This document shows positions 17,730-27,364 of a stretch of 64,000 nucleotides of DNA, in pieces (the first letter of the stretch is position 1; each line of letters begins with the position of its first letter). The notes below the pieces were generated by a model. That model had not been told where the DNA came from, made no database searches, and worked only from the letters and a program-made list of their open reading frames with translations. Source of the stretch: an uncultured bacterium. GTDB taxonomy: Bacteria; Actinomycetota; Acidimicrobiia; Spongiisociales; UBA5794. Location: the NCBI GenBank assembly GCA_963801165.1, contig CAWDDT010000009.1:32001-96000 (forward strand), read 5' to 3'. Made by a program: the position numbers and the translations under genes.

Positions 17730-18380
17730 TCAGCCAGGCAGCGACGCGGCGACCGCGACGACCTCGGACGGTTCCGCACGTACCCGGTGGTTGAGATCGA
17801 TGAAGTCGAATCGGATCGTTCCGGCCCGGTCGATGACATACGTCGCCGGCACGGGCAGGGTCCACCGCTCGCTCCCGTTCAGCTCCCGGAGATCACGTCC
17901 GCCGGCCAGGTAGAGGTCGCGCTGTTCGGGAATGACTTCGTACACGAGACCGAATTGCTCCCCCACGCGGTTGTCCCGGTCGGACAGCACCGGGAACGTA
18001 AGCTCCAATTTGTCGATGAGCTCTACCGAGATGTCGGGCCGGTTCGGCGAGATCGCCACGAGCCGTGCCCCTGCGTTGACCACGTTGTCGAGCTCACGCT
18101 GCAGCGCCCGCAGCTCCAGGTTGCAGAACGGGCACCAGGATCCGCGGTAGAACGAGAGGATCACCGGGCCGGCGGCGAGCAGGTCCTGCAGGCGCACCGG
18201 CCTTCCATAGGCGTCGGGGAGCTCGAACATGGGAGCCGTGTCTCCCGTTCGCAACGCCTTGTCGAGTATCGGCGTTTCGGCTATCGCGGCGGATTGCTTG
18301 GCGTAGATCGCGGCGCGGTTCGGGTCGAAGGACTTCTTGCCCGCAGCCGCAAATTCGGCGAGTTCATCGCGTAATGACAT
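17730..18380 (-). CDS. Peroxiredoxin-like AhpC/TSA family protein
   Basis: GDTAPMFELPD, FYRGSWCPFCN, PVPATYVID; GGAG SD before MSLRDEL. Confidence 0.9.
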   Translation of the reverse strand: MSLRDELAEFAAAGKKSFDPNRAAIYAKQSAAIAETPILDKALRTGDTAPMFELPDAYGRPVRLQDLLAAGPVILSFYRGSWCPFCNLELRALQRELDNVVNAGARLVAISPNRPDISVELIDKLELTFPVLSDRDNRVGEQFGLVYEVIPEQRDLYLAGGRDLRELNGSERWTLPVPATYVIDRAGTIRFDFIDLNHRVRAEPSEVVAVAASLPG

Positions 18381-18527
18381 CGTTTCTCCAATGGTGTGCT
18401 CCCGATGCACAACGTGCCAGCGGCGTCCGCCTATTTCTGAACAAATCAGTCGACCAGCGCTTCCGCCGGTGCCACCGTGACGAGCTGGTCAGGTACGCCG
18501 TCGGAGTCGAGCGACCCCGAACCTCCG

Positions 18528-18620
18528 TCAGAGGACCGTTGCCGCCTGGGTAAGCGCGACGATGAATACGGTGACGATGAGAAGCGTTGCGACTGCAGTT
18601 GCGACGACTCGTGTGCTCAT
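18528..18620 (-). CDS. 30-aa hydrophobic small protein
   Basis: MSTRVVATAVATLLIVTVFIVALTQAATVL with AGGAGG 6 nt upstream of the ATG. Confidence 0.55.
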   Translation of the reverse strand: MSTRVVATAVATLLIVTVFIVALTQAATVL

Positions 18621-18801
18621 GGCTTGCCTCCTAGCCCTATGTCTATAAGACGTCGGGAAGAGTCCGGCGGTTCCCAAAGCACCCCACACCGCGACGGCTC
18701 GCAGCACACACGGCCATCCGGGCATGCGACAAGAGACCGTGATCTCGGCCAGGTGCGACATGTAGCGCGTAGGGTTGATCGGAGTCGACCGGAGGGATCT
18801 A

Positions 18802-19239
18802 TTGGCGGATCGAAGCCGCCCCTATGCGGGCTTCAACTATCTCGTGAGCATCGATGACGTCGAGGTCGCAGGGTTCTCGGAGGTATCGGGCCTCGATTTC
18901 GAGATCGAGGCGATCGAATACCGCGACGGAGCTGATGTGGAACCGCGCGTTCGCAAGGTGCCGGGTCTGCGGAAATACGGGAACATCACTCTGAAGCGGG
19001 GCATCACGGGCCAGAACGCATTCTGGGCATGGGTGCTCGAGGCACTGGAGGGGCCTGTTTCGAGGCGAAACGGCACCATCAGCCTGCTCGATGAGGCACG
19101 ACAGGCAGTCGTGATGTGGCACTTCACCGATGGGTGGCCCTGTAAGTACCGGGGCCCCGACCTCAACGCGGCGGCGAGTGAGATCGCGATCGAGTCGGTC
19201 GAGATCTGCCACGAGGGTCTGCGGCTGACGTACGGATGA
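18802..19239 (+). CDS. Phage tail tube protein (T4 gp19-like / eCIS Afp1-5 type)
   Basis: AGFSEVSGL..E...IEYRDG...KVPGLRKYGNITLKRGIT...W...WPCKY.GPDLNA....AIE..EICHEG. TTG after GGAGG. Confidence 0.92.
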   Translation: MADRSRPYAGFNYLVSIDDVEVAGFSEVSGLDFEIEAIEYRDGADVEPRVRKVPGLRKYGNITLKRGITGQNAFWAWVLEALEGPVSRRNGTISLLDEARQAVVMWHFTDGWPCKYRGPDLNAAASEIAIESVEICHEGLRLTYG

Positions 19240-19652
19240 GCGACCGACCAACGTCCCGCATCGCCGAGGTCGTTGCCGCCGAAGTCGTTGCCGCCGAAGT
19301 CGTTGTCGACGTCGATTACCGGTCGGGGGCCTTTGAGATCGTGATCGTCAATATCGGGGACGCCGTGGCGCACGATGTGAAGGTCAAATTCTCGCGAAAC
19401 CTGGTTGGCGCCCGCGACGTTGTAGTCTCGGAACTCCCTATCTTTCAGCGGCTTCGCACCCTGCCCCCCGGCAAGCAGATTCGTGTGTTCCTCGATTCAG
19501 CCGACGCCGTATTCCGGCGCCGCAAGACCAACACGTTCAGCGTCGTGGCCTACTGGAACAGCGCCGACGGGACGAGATCCACCGCCTCATACACCCACGA
19601 TCTCGATGCCTATCGCGACCTCCCAGAGATGGTGGTTCGAGAGTGGCGTTGA
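19236..19652 (+). CDS. Hypothetical beta-rich protein coupled to the tube gene
   Basis: ATGA overlap with the tube gene; NIGDAVAHDVKVKF...LPIF..L..L.PG...FLDS...HDL..Y.DL. Confidence 0.7.
   Translation: MSDRPTSRIAEVVAAEVVAAEVVVDVDYRSGAFEIVIVNIGDAVAHDVKVKFSRNLVGARDVVVSELPIFQRLRTLPPGKQIRVFLDSADAVFRRRKTNTFSVVAYWNSADGTRSTASYTHDLDAYRDLPEMVVREWR
19263..19307 (+). repeat. 3 x 15-bp in-frame tandem repeat (AEVVA)
   Basis: GCCGAGGTCGTTGCC GCCGAAGTCGTTGCC GCCGAAGTCGTTGTC. Confidence 0.85.
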
Positions 19653-19784
19653 GATATCTCCTTTTCGGAGGTCACGGGCCGGCTCCAACCCATCTGGATT
19701 TGGGATGCCCTGACGGCGCGGCCAGTGGCAATCCGCGGCGCGAGTGCCATATATTCAGTACGACGCATCGGGAGGAGGAGAACG

Positions 19785-21311
19785 ATGTCATTGAATCTGG
19801 CTCTGTTGCTTCGTGAGAGCGCCCATACCTACCCGGATCGGACCGCTCTCGTTGTGGGACCGAACACGTTGAGCTACGCCGCTCTGGACGACCAGGCCCG
19901 TCGCTTCGCCGGGGGGCTCCGCACGTTGGGCGTCGAGCCCGGCGACCGGGTGGCGCTGCTCGTGCCCAACGTGCCGCATTTCAGCATCGCCTACTTTGGA
20001 GTTCTGTACGCGGGGGCAACGGTGGTGCCGCTCAATGTGCTGTTGACCGGTCCCGAGGTGGCCTATCACCTTGCCGATTCCCACTCCAAGGTGCTGGTGG
20101 CTTGGGAAGGGTTCCTCAAACCGGCACGAGACGGGTTCACCGAGTGGGGTGACTCCGACCATCTCGTGGTCATTGCCGCCGGTACGGACAAACCGGAGCT
20201 AGGCCACAAGGAGGTCGACTTTGTAGGGTTGATCGAGACAGCCGAGCCCGTCGAAGAACTGCCCGCAACCGCACCCGACAACACGGCGGTGATCCTCTAT
20301 ACGTCGGGTACCACGGGTAAGCCGAAGGGGGCGGAGCTCACCCACTTCAATATGTTCTTCAACGCGCACTACACCCGGACGCTCTTGCTGCCGCTCACCT
20401 CAGAGACCGTGGCGTTGGCGACGCTGCCGCTGTTTCACAGCTTTGGGCAAACGGTCATGCACAACGCGGTCATCGGCGCCGGGGGGAAGGTTGTCCTGCT
20501 TCCCCGTTTCGATCCCGCGGCCGCGTTGGAGCTGATGCAACAGCACAAGGTGACGTTCTTCGGCGGTGTCCCCACCATGTACTTTGCACTGCTACACCAT
20601 CCCGATGCCGACCAGTACGACCTATCGAGCCTCGAGTTCTGCGTCGCCGGCGGCTCGGCAATGCCGGTCGAGGTGATGAAGGCGTTCGACGACAAGTACG
20701 ACGTCAACATTCTCGAGGGCTACGGGTTGTCCGAGACGTCCCCCGTGGCCAGCTTCAACCAGCTTGACCGACCCAAGAAGATCGGCTCGGTCGGTTTGCC
20801 CCTGTGGGGTGTCGAGTTCCGTCTCGAGACAGACGACGGGAAGGTGGTGATCGGCACCGACGAGCCGGGCGAGATCTGTATCAAGGGCCACAACGTGATG
20901 AAGGGCTACCTGGGCCGACCGGACGCCACCAAGGAGGCGATCAAGGACGGCTGGTTCCACAGCGGGGACATCGGAGTCAGGGACGAGGACGGTTTCTACT
21001 ACATCGTCGATCGCAAGAAGGACATGATCATCCGTGGTGGATTCAACGTGTACCCGCGGGAGATCGAGGAGGTTCTCTATGCCCACCCGGCGGTCGCCGA
21101 GGCGGCCGTGATCGGCGTTCCCGATGCCAGCCACGGGGAGGAGGTGAAGGCGGTGCTGGCTCTCAAGCCGGGAGCGGAGACCAACGCAGACGAGATCATC
21201 GCCTTCTGCAAGACCCAACTCGCCGCCTACAAGTACCCGAGGACGGTGGAGTTCCTCGACACGCTCCCCAAGGGTCCGACCGGGAAGATCCTCAAGCGCG
21301 AGCTGCGCTGA
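19785..21311 (+). CDS. Long-chain-fatty-acid--CoA ligase
   Basis: YTSGTTGKPKG, EGYGLSET, GWFHSGD, DRKKDMII, LPKGPTGKILKR; strong SD. Confidence 0.93.
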   Translation: MSLNLALLLRESAHTYPDRTALVVGPNTLSYAALDDQARRFAGGLRTLGVEPGDRVALLVPNVPHFSIAYFGVLYAGATVVPLNVLLTGPEVAYHLADSHSKVLVAWEGFLKPARDGFTEWGDSDHLVVIAAGTDKPELGHKEVDFVGLIETAEPVEELPATAPDNTAVILYTSGTTGKPKGAELTHFNMFFNAHYTRTLLLPLTSETVALATLPLFHSFGQTVMHNAVIGAGGKVVLLPRFDPAAALELMQQHKVTFFGGVPTMYFALLHHPDADQYDLSSLEFCVAGGSAMPVEVMKAFDDKYDVNILEGYGLSETSPVASFNQLDRPKKIGSVGLPLWGVEFRLETDDGKVVIGTDEPGEICIKGHNVMKGYLGRPDATKEAIKDGWFHSGDIGVRDEDGFYYIVDRKKDMIIRGGFNVYPREIEEVLYAHPAVAEAAVIGVPDASHGEEVKAVLALKPGAETNADEIIAFCKTQLAAYKYPRTVEFLDTLPKGPTGKILKRELR

Positions 21312-21337
21312 GCGCCCGTCCCTGTGGAACCAGATAG

Positions 21338-21356
21338 CGTGCTGCTCGGCAGCACG
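21338..21356. terminator. Hairpin between convergent genes
   Basis: CGTGCTGC-TCG-GCAGCACG, 8-bp stem; no U-tract. Confidence 0.4.
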
Positions 21357-21375
21357 ACTCTGTGTGAGGCCGCGC

Positions 21376-24183
21376 TCAAAGGAGCCCTTCGGTCGCCGCC
21401 AACACGGCAGCCTGAGTGCGATTCGTTGCCCCTGTCTTCATGAGGATGCTGCGGACGTGGTTGGCCGCCGTATTTGTGCTGATCATCAGCCGTTCTCCGA
21501 TCTCCCGGTTGCTGAGACCTTCGACGAGGAGGCGAAGGACGTCGATCTCCCGGCCACTCAGCCCGAGGTCGTTTCCTTTGGCACGGACCGGCCGGACGGT
21601 CTGCTCGAGCGGGATGCGGCGGTTCAAGCCAATGCGATCGGCGATAGCCCTTCCTTGCTGTCGTAGCTCGGCGGCTCGTTCGTGTTCGCCGACGATCTCG
21701 AGATGAGCGGCGAAAGACAGCAACGTCTCTGCCTCGTGAACGACGGCGTGCATCCTGCGGTCCATGTCCAGGGCCTTCTCGAAATGGATTGTTGCGGACT
21801 GCATGTCGCCGAGGAGATGGTCGATCAGAGCCAAATAGCGATCTGCGCTTCCGAGGGGCATGAGGAGATGTCCTGCCAGCAGGTTTTGGCCCTCGAATGG
21901 TGCCAGTATCTCACGCATCTTTCGAGCTGACACTGTGTCACGCAGCACGGCTGAAGCCTCTACGGCGAACACAGCGATCGCAGCCCACTGCGCCGAGACG
22001 GGGCTGATGTCCTCACATGACCTCACGACGGGTGGCAGGAGTACAGCGACCTCGTCCCTGTTGCCAACCTCGGTATACACGGCAAGGGCACCCGGCTTCC
22101 AACCCCCTTCCCTTACGGCCGCGGCTATGACCTGATCCGGGAGCCCCCGCAGCTTTCCAGTAGCTCGCTCGATGAAGAACATCTGCATTCCGAATGGCCC
22201 GTCGGCTTTGGCATCCCCGTAGGGTATTGCCTCATGCAGTCCCTTCTCGGACCGCCACCGCGCTTCCTCGAGCCGTCCTCCCAAATACGACACTGCAGCT
22301 TCGAGCCACAGTCCAGCGACGGTCATCGTCGGCTGTGCGACGGAGGGCCCCAGCTGCCGTGATACGAAGGTCTGGTCCTCGAGGCTGTTCGGAATCCCCA
22401 GCCTGTAACCGGCATTCGCCCCGACGCCAATGGCCAATCCCACGTTCATGTGCGTTGTAGCGTCGGCCAGCCCCCGCAGTTCCAGAGCCCGGTTGTACTG
22501 CACTTCCAGCCTGTCGGGAGTGGCAAACCCAAAGATGGCCGTGACCAGTGCGTGTGCCAGCAACTCCCTGTCACCGATCTCCCGCGCCCGCCGCAGCGCC
22601 AACTCGAGGATTGGTGCTGCTCTCTCGACCTCACCGGCCATGAGCAGCGCCCGGCCCATGCTTGCGAGTGCTCGTGTGTGCAAGGGGTCGTTTGTCGGAA
22701 GCAGTGGCAACGCATCTGCGAGCAGTTGAACGGAGAGTTCGGGGTCGATTGAATCCTCCCAGGACGCTTCCTCGTTGCCGATGGCAGCGCGAGCTTTGAT
22801 CCGCGCATCCGTGCCGTTGGCCAACTCCCGGTAACGAGCCCGAGCGATCTCACGTTGGTTGCCCCGGCAGTGCGACTCCGCCGCTTCGAATCTCAACTCG
22901 AGTGCCTGGGAGCCGTCGGAGATGGCAGCGGCATGGTCGAGAGCGGCTGCGGCCTCGCGATGGGCGAGACTGCGACGCGAGGCTTCTGCGCTCAGCCTCA
23001 GATACTCGATGGCTTTGTCGACGTGGCCGAGTGGTGCTGCCTGCTCGTAGTGGTGGGCGATAGCCGCGATCGCTTCGGGTGTCTGGCGGCCCCGTCGCTC
23101 CAAGGCAAGTGCAACATCGAGGTGGATCCGGAGCCGCTCGTGACGGGGAATGCGATCGATCACGGCCTGGCGGGTGAGGGCATGCCGAAACGAGATGCCG
23201 GAGCCGGTCTCATGAAGGAGCCCATGTGCGACGGCGTCGTCGACCGCAGCCAGCGCCGCGACGGGATCGAGACCGATGTCATACAGCAAGTCGAGATCGA
23301 GGTCGTCGCCGGCGATGGCCGCATGACCGAGAAAGTCGAGTGTGCCCGGTGCCAGGGCGGCGAGCCGGAGGTCGAGCACATCGCGCACGGTGCGCGGGGT
23401 GGGGAGGATCTCGGCGATCAACGCTTCGATGCCCCCACGCCGTTTGAGATCCCGCCACGTCTCTTCGAGAAAGAACGGGTTGCCGCCGGTGTAGTCACGC
23501 AGGATCGCAGCGGTCTGCCTGGCAATCGTTCCGGTTGCCCCGCCGGCAGCCGTCAAAAACGCGGCAATATCGTCTGTGTCGAGACCGGCGAGATCGATGC
23601 GGCTCACCCCGGCCATTCCGTAGAGGTCGGCGATCGATCTCGTTAGCTCCTGGGAGCGATCAGGGGCCGTGGTGCGATGGGTGGCGACGATGAACAGCCG
23701 TCGGTCATACGACGTCGTGACCAGGGCGCGCAACAACTGTCTGGTCTGTGGTCCCGCCCAATGGAGGTTGTCGAGCACCATCACCACTGCCGCGGCACCG
23801 GTCAGTACCCGGGTGACCTCGGTGACCGCATTGAGAAGTGCACCGGGGTCGTCAAAGACCGACGGAGCGGCCGGCTCCACCTCCGAGCGGCGCGCCAGTT
23901 GCGGACTCAGCAACGCCAGGCTGGCCACCGTGCTGGTGTCGAGATCACCAACGATCTCGAGCGCCGTCGGTTCGGAGAAGAGGTGGTCGAACATCTCGAC
24001 GAACGGCTGCAGCGGGTAGCCGAAGTCGCGGGTGTTGGAGCCGGCAAGGACGATGGCGCCGTCTTCGTAACAAGCAGAGGCCAACTCACCCGCCAGACGT
24101 GTCTTGCCGGCGCCCGGTTCGCCACCGATGAATACCGCCCGGCGACGACCGGAGACGACCTCATCCCAGTATATGGCGAGCAC
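21376..24183 (-). CDS. LAL-type AAA ATPase / LuxR regulator, probably 5'-truncated
   Basis: Walker A GEPGAGKT only about 20 aa from the ORF start, LDNLHWA, TGGNPFF, FRHAL, C-terminal LuxR HTH. The usual upstream FVGR..EL segment is missing. Confidence 0.85.
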   Translation of the reverse strand: MLAIYWDEVVSGRRRAVFIGGEPGAGKTRLAGELASACYEDGAIVLAGSNTRDFGYPLQPFVEMFDHLFSEPTALEIVGDLDTSTVASLALLSPQLARRSEVEPAAPSVFDDPGALLNAVTEVTRVLTGAAAVVMVLDNLHWAGPQTRQLLRALVTTSYDRRLFIVATHRTTAPDRSQELTRSIADLYGMAGVSRIDLAGLDTDDIAAFLTAAGGATGTIARQTAAILRDYTGGNPFFLEETWRDLKRRGGIEALIAEILPTPRTVRDVLDLRLAALAPGTLDFLGHAAIAGDDLDLDLLYDIGLDPVAALAAVDDAVAHGLLHETGSGISFRHALTRQAVIDRIPRHERLRIHLDVALALERRGRQTPEAIAAIAHHYEQAAPLGHVDKAIEYLRLSAEASRRSLAHREAAAALDHAAAISDGSQALELRFEAAESHCRGNQREIARARYRELANGTDARIKARAAIGNEEASWEDSIDPELSVQLLADALPLLPTNDPLHTRALASMGRALLMAGEVERAAPILELALRRAREIGDRELLAHALVTAIFGFATPDRLEVQYNRALELRGLADATTHMNVGLAIGVGANAGYRLGIPNSLEDQTFVSRQLGPSVAQPTMTVAGLWLEAAVSYLGGRLEEARWRSEKGLHEAIPYGDAKADGPFGMQMFFIERATGKLRGLPDQVIAAAVREGGWKPGALAVYTEVGNRDEVAVLLPPVVRSCEDISPVSAQWAAIAVFAVEASAVLRDTVSARKMREILAPFEGQNLLAGHLLMPLGSADRYLALIDHLLGDMQSATIHFEKALDMDRRMHAVVHEAETLLSFAAHLEIVGEHERAAELRQQGRAIADRIGLNRRIPLEQTVRPVRAKGNDLGLSGREIDVLRLLVEGLSNREIGERLMISTNTAANHVRSILMKTGATNRTQAAVLAATEGLL

Positions 24184-24345
24184 AGTTTCCTTTCTCAGGA
24201 TCTGCGCAAGACCTACTGCCTTTACGAGGCACCGAACGCGGACGCGATCCGAGCAGCCGCAGCCCGCGCCGGCATCCCGGCAGACGCGATAGTCGAACTT
24301 ACTGGACGTCTGGAGAATGACGGCTCGGTAACACCGATTGGCTGA
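24181..24345 (+). pseudogene. DUF4242-like protein, C-terminal fragment
   Basis: HSFLSQDLRKTYCLYEAPNADAIRAAAARAGIPADAIVE resembles the second half of DUF4242 proteins; no own start. Confidence 0.7.
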
Positions 24346-24373
24346 TCATCGTGAAAGGGATCTGATCGGACGG

Positions 24374-24399
24374 AGCGATAGTCAGACCTGACTATCGCT
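24374..24399. promoter_or_regulatory. Perfect palindrome upstream of acyl-CoA dehydrogenase, candidate operator
   Basis: AGCGATAGTCAG-AC-CTGACTATCGCT. Confidence 0.55.
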
Positions 24400-24472
24400 A
24401 GAAAAGGCGCAACCAGGTCATGCGTCTGGTGCGAGCAGTCCGTACGTTGACGGTGACGACATAGGAGGGGAC

Positions 24473-25657
24473 GTGACCACCACGATTCCAGTAGCAGATT
24501 TGCTGACCGACGATCTACTCAATCGCTTTGATTCTCGTGCGATGACATACGACCGGGAGAACCGGTTCTTCGCCGAGGACTTCGAGGATCTCGTTTCCAC
24601 CGGCTACCTGGCACTGCCGCTCCCTGTGGATCGTGGTGGCAGGGGCGCCTCCATCGCTGAGGTAGTTGCGGCCACTCGACGTTTGGCTTCGGTGGCCCCT
24701 GCCACCGCGGTCGCCTGCAACATGCACCTCTACTGGGTGGGCATCGCCGCGGACCTGGAACGTGCCGGTGATTCCAGGGGCAAGTTCATCCTCGATGCGG
24801 CCGCAGCAGGAAGGGTCTTGGCCGCTGGGCACGGAGAGCGGGGCAACGACATTCCCGGTCTCTTCTCGAGCGCCAATGCGGAACGAGTCGACGGCGGGTG
24901 GCGTATCACCGGGCACAAGATCTTCGGAAGCCTGTCTCCCGTGTGGGATTACCTCGGGTTGCACGCCATGGACGGCAGCGATCCCGCGGCGCCGAAGATC
25001 GTCCACGGTTTCGTAGCTCGCGATGCAGAAGGCCTTCGTGTCGAAGAGACGTGGGATGCGCTGGGCATGCGCGCTACAGCCAGCCACGACACCATCCTCG
25101 ATGGTGTGTTCCTGCCCGACGAGCAGGTCATCACGGTGTGCCCGGCTGGTTTTGGGGGTGCCGACAACTTCATTGTGGCCTGGTTCGCCTGGGCGCTGTT
25201 TGGCTTGAGCTCGGTCTATCTGGGTGCCGCCGAGCGTGCCTACTCCGAGACCGTCGCCGCGGCGCAGAAGAAGACGTCGCTGGCGATGACCCGTTCGATG
25301 GCCTATCACCCCGAGGTGCAACACAACGTTGCCGAGATGCGGATGCGTCTGGAGACCGCATCTGCGCTGTTAGAGCGCATGGCCATCGACTGGACCGCGG
25401 GTGTTGACTACGGCGTTGACTGGATAGTCAAGATTGTTACCACCAAGCACGTCGTCGCTACAAACGCCTGGCGGGTGGTCGACACCGCTATCGATGTCGC
25501 CGGCGGCGGCGGAGTGATGAAGCGAAATCGTCTCGAACAGCTGTTCCGGGACGTCCGTATGGGCCTCATCCATCCTGCCAACCCACTGTTCACACACGAA
25601 GTCGTCGGGAAGCTCTCTCTCGGCGTCAATCCCGACGAACAACCTCGCTGGGGCTGA
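24473..25657 (+). CDS. Acyl-CoA dehydrogenase / flavin monooxygenase family protein
   Basis: GGWRITGHKIFGS, WDALGMRATAS, LEQLFRDVR; SD AGGAGG. Confidence 0.9.
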   Translation: MTTTIPVADLLTDDLLNRFDSRAMTYDRENRFFAEDFEDLVSTGYLALPLPVDRGGRGASIAEVVAATRRLASVAPATAVACNMHLYWVGIAADLERAGDSRGKFILDAAAAGRVLAAGHGERGNDIPGLFSSANAERVDGGWRITGHKIFGSLSPVWDYLGLHAMDGSDPAAPKIVHGFVARDAEGLRVEETWDALGMRATASHDTILDGVFLPDEQVITVCPAGFGGADNFIVAWFAWALFGLSSVYLGAAERAYSETVAAAQKKTSLAMTRSMAYHPEVQHNVAEMRMRLETASALLERMAIDWTAGVDYGVDWIVKIVTTKHVVATNAWRVVDTAIDVAGGGGVMKRNRLEQLFRDVRMGLIHPANPLFTHEVVGKLSLGVNPDEQPRWG

Positions 25658-25771
25658 GTCCGACCCTTCGTAGCCCCTGATACCCCCGCCCGGGCGGCCC
25701 CGATGCATCTGCGCATCGCGCCGTATTGATTGCCTGCCGCGCTGTGTGGTCGGCATGGGAAGGAGCAAAGC

Positions 25772-25989
25772 ATGAGGAACGCAAGACGTATACACAGTTG
25801 GCTGGTTGTGGCAATGGTCGGGCTCATGGTCATGTCGGTCACCGTGGCGGCGGACGCCCCATCGATCACCCAACGTCGTTTGAGATTGTGGGTGATACCG
25901 CGTACGTCGCCACCCCGGGCGGTGAGGTATGGAAGGTGGATCACATTGGCCCACCGCACGGCGGGTGCTGCCAGTCGATAGGTCCCTGA
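25772..25989 (+). pseudogene. Internally deleted secreted protein (ScyD/ScyE-like C-terminus)
   Basis: SD AAGGAG and signal peptide MRNARRIHSWLVVAMVGLMVMSVTVAA, joined out of frame near 25860 to IDHPTSFEIVGDTAYVATPGGEVWKV. Confidence 0.55.
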
Positions 25990-26094
25990 GCGGGGGCTAA
26001 GGGAAAGCGCGGGCGCTCCGCCGATCAATCCGGCGGAGCACCCGTCGCGCCTAGACGCTTCTTCCTCCCCCTCCGGCTGTCGCGCACCTCCGGT

Positions 26095-26595
26095 TCACGC
26101 CAGTGACGTGCTCATATCCGGGGTCCCGGCGATCGTCTGGAAGACGACGCAGTAGCGCTCGGTGAGCTTGAGCAGCGTCGCCAGCTTCTCCTCGTCGGCG
26201 TCGGTGTCCAGATCAAACGACAGCCGGATAGCGCGGAAACCGACCGGGGCGTCCTTGCCGACAGCGAGGGTTCCCCTGAAATCGAGGTCGCCTTCGGCGC
26301 GTACGACGCCGCGGCGGACATCGACGCCGATCGAGGTTGCCACTGCGCCGAGTGTTACCCCGGCGCACGCAACGAGCGCCTCGAGCAGCATGTCGCCCGA
26401 GCACAGCGACAAGCCGTCACCGCCGCTTGCCGGATGAAGCCCCGCCCTCGCCATCGCCCGGCCCGTCTTCACCGAGCAGGTCACGTCTTCGCCGATCTCA
26501 CCCTCGGCCTCGAGGGTGACCACTGCGGCATCGGGATCGTCGCGGTAGCGCTGTTTGAGTGGGTCCTGTGCGGCCCGAAGTTCATCTCTCTTCAT
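26095..26595 (-). CDS. OsmC family protein
   Basis: CSGDMLLEALVACAGVT...TERYCVVFQT. Confidence 0.9.
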   Translation of the reverse strand: MKRDELRAAQDPLKQRYRDDPDAAVVTLEAEGEIGEDVTCSVKTGRAMARAGLHPASGGDGLSLCSGDMLLEALVACAGVTLGAVATSIGVDVRRGVVRAEGDLDFRGTLAVGKDAPVGFRAIRLSFDLDTDADEEKLATLLKLTERYCVVFQTIAGTPDMSTSLA

Positions 26596-26656
26596 GCCCT
26601 GCAACCTACCCGACGTCCTCACCCTTTCATGACGGAGCCTCGTGAGAGAATGCGGT

Positions 26657-27355
26657 ATGGACGAGCTACGGGAAGGCGAGGCGTATTGGTCGCAACAAGC
26701 GAAGACGTTCGACGAGGAGCCAGACCACGGGCTCACCGATCCACAGGTTCGGGCCGCTTGGTTAAATCGGCTGAAGACGTGGCTGCCATCCGGTTACGGG
26801 AGAGTCGCCGACCTGGGATGTGGCACCGGGACGTTGTCGGTGTTGCTCGCGCAAGATGGTGCCGAGGTGATAGGAGTCGATCTGTCTCCTGCGATGATCG
26901 ATCTAGCGATGCGCAAGGCGGACGATGCGGCAGTCGCCGTTCGGTTTTCGGTTGGTGATGCATCAGATCCCGACCTGGCCGCAGGCTCCTTTGATGCCGT
27001 GCTGTGCCGTCATGTTCTGTGGAACCTTCCCGACCCGGCGTCTGTGCTCGGCCGCTGGGCTCGGCTGCTCCGGAGCGGGGGTCGGATGGTGTTGATAGAG
27101 GGGCTCTGGCGGAACGTCGCCGATGGCCAGAAGCTGTTGGGCATCCCGGCCGCTTTCCTCATCGAGACACTGTCGTCGATGTTTGCCCGAGTCGACCACT
27201 ACCCCCTTTCCGAGGACACTGCGCTCTGGGGCAAGGCCGTCGCGGACGAGCGGTACGCCGTCGTGGCCGCGGGCGCTCCCGGCAGCGCCCGTCCGGACGG
27301 ATCGGCTCCGAAGGCCGTGTCGTACGGGATCAATCGCTGTTCTTGGGACGATTGA
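26657..27355 (+). CDS. Class I SAM-dependent methyltransferase
   Basis: VADLGCGTG, GVDLSPAM, FDAVLCRHVLW. Confidence 0.9.
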   Translation: MDELREGEAYWSQQAKTFDEEPDHGLTDPQVRAAWLNRLKTWLPSGYGRVADLGCGTGTLSVLLAQDGAEVIGVDLSPAMIDLAMRKADDAAVAVRFSVGDASDPDLAAGSFDAVLCRHVLWNLPDPASVLGRWARLLRSGGRMVLIEGLWRNVADGQKLLGIPAAFLIETLSSMFARVDHYPLSEDTALWGKAVADERYAVVAAGAPGSARPDGSAPKAVSYGINRCSWDD

Positions 27356-27364
27356 GTCCCGGCG

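Noticed and set aside
18802-19652. Prophage
   Set aside because: No integrase, terminase, capsid or lysis genes; the flanks are ordinary metabolic genes.
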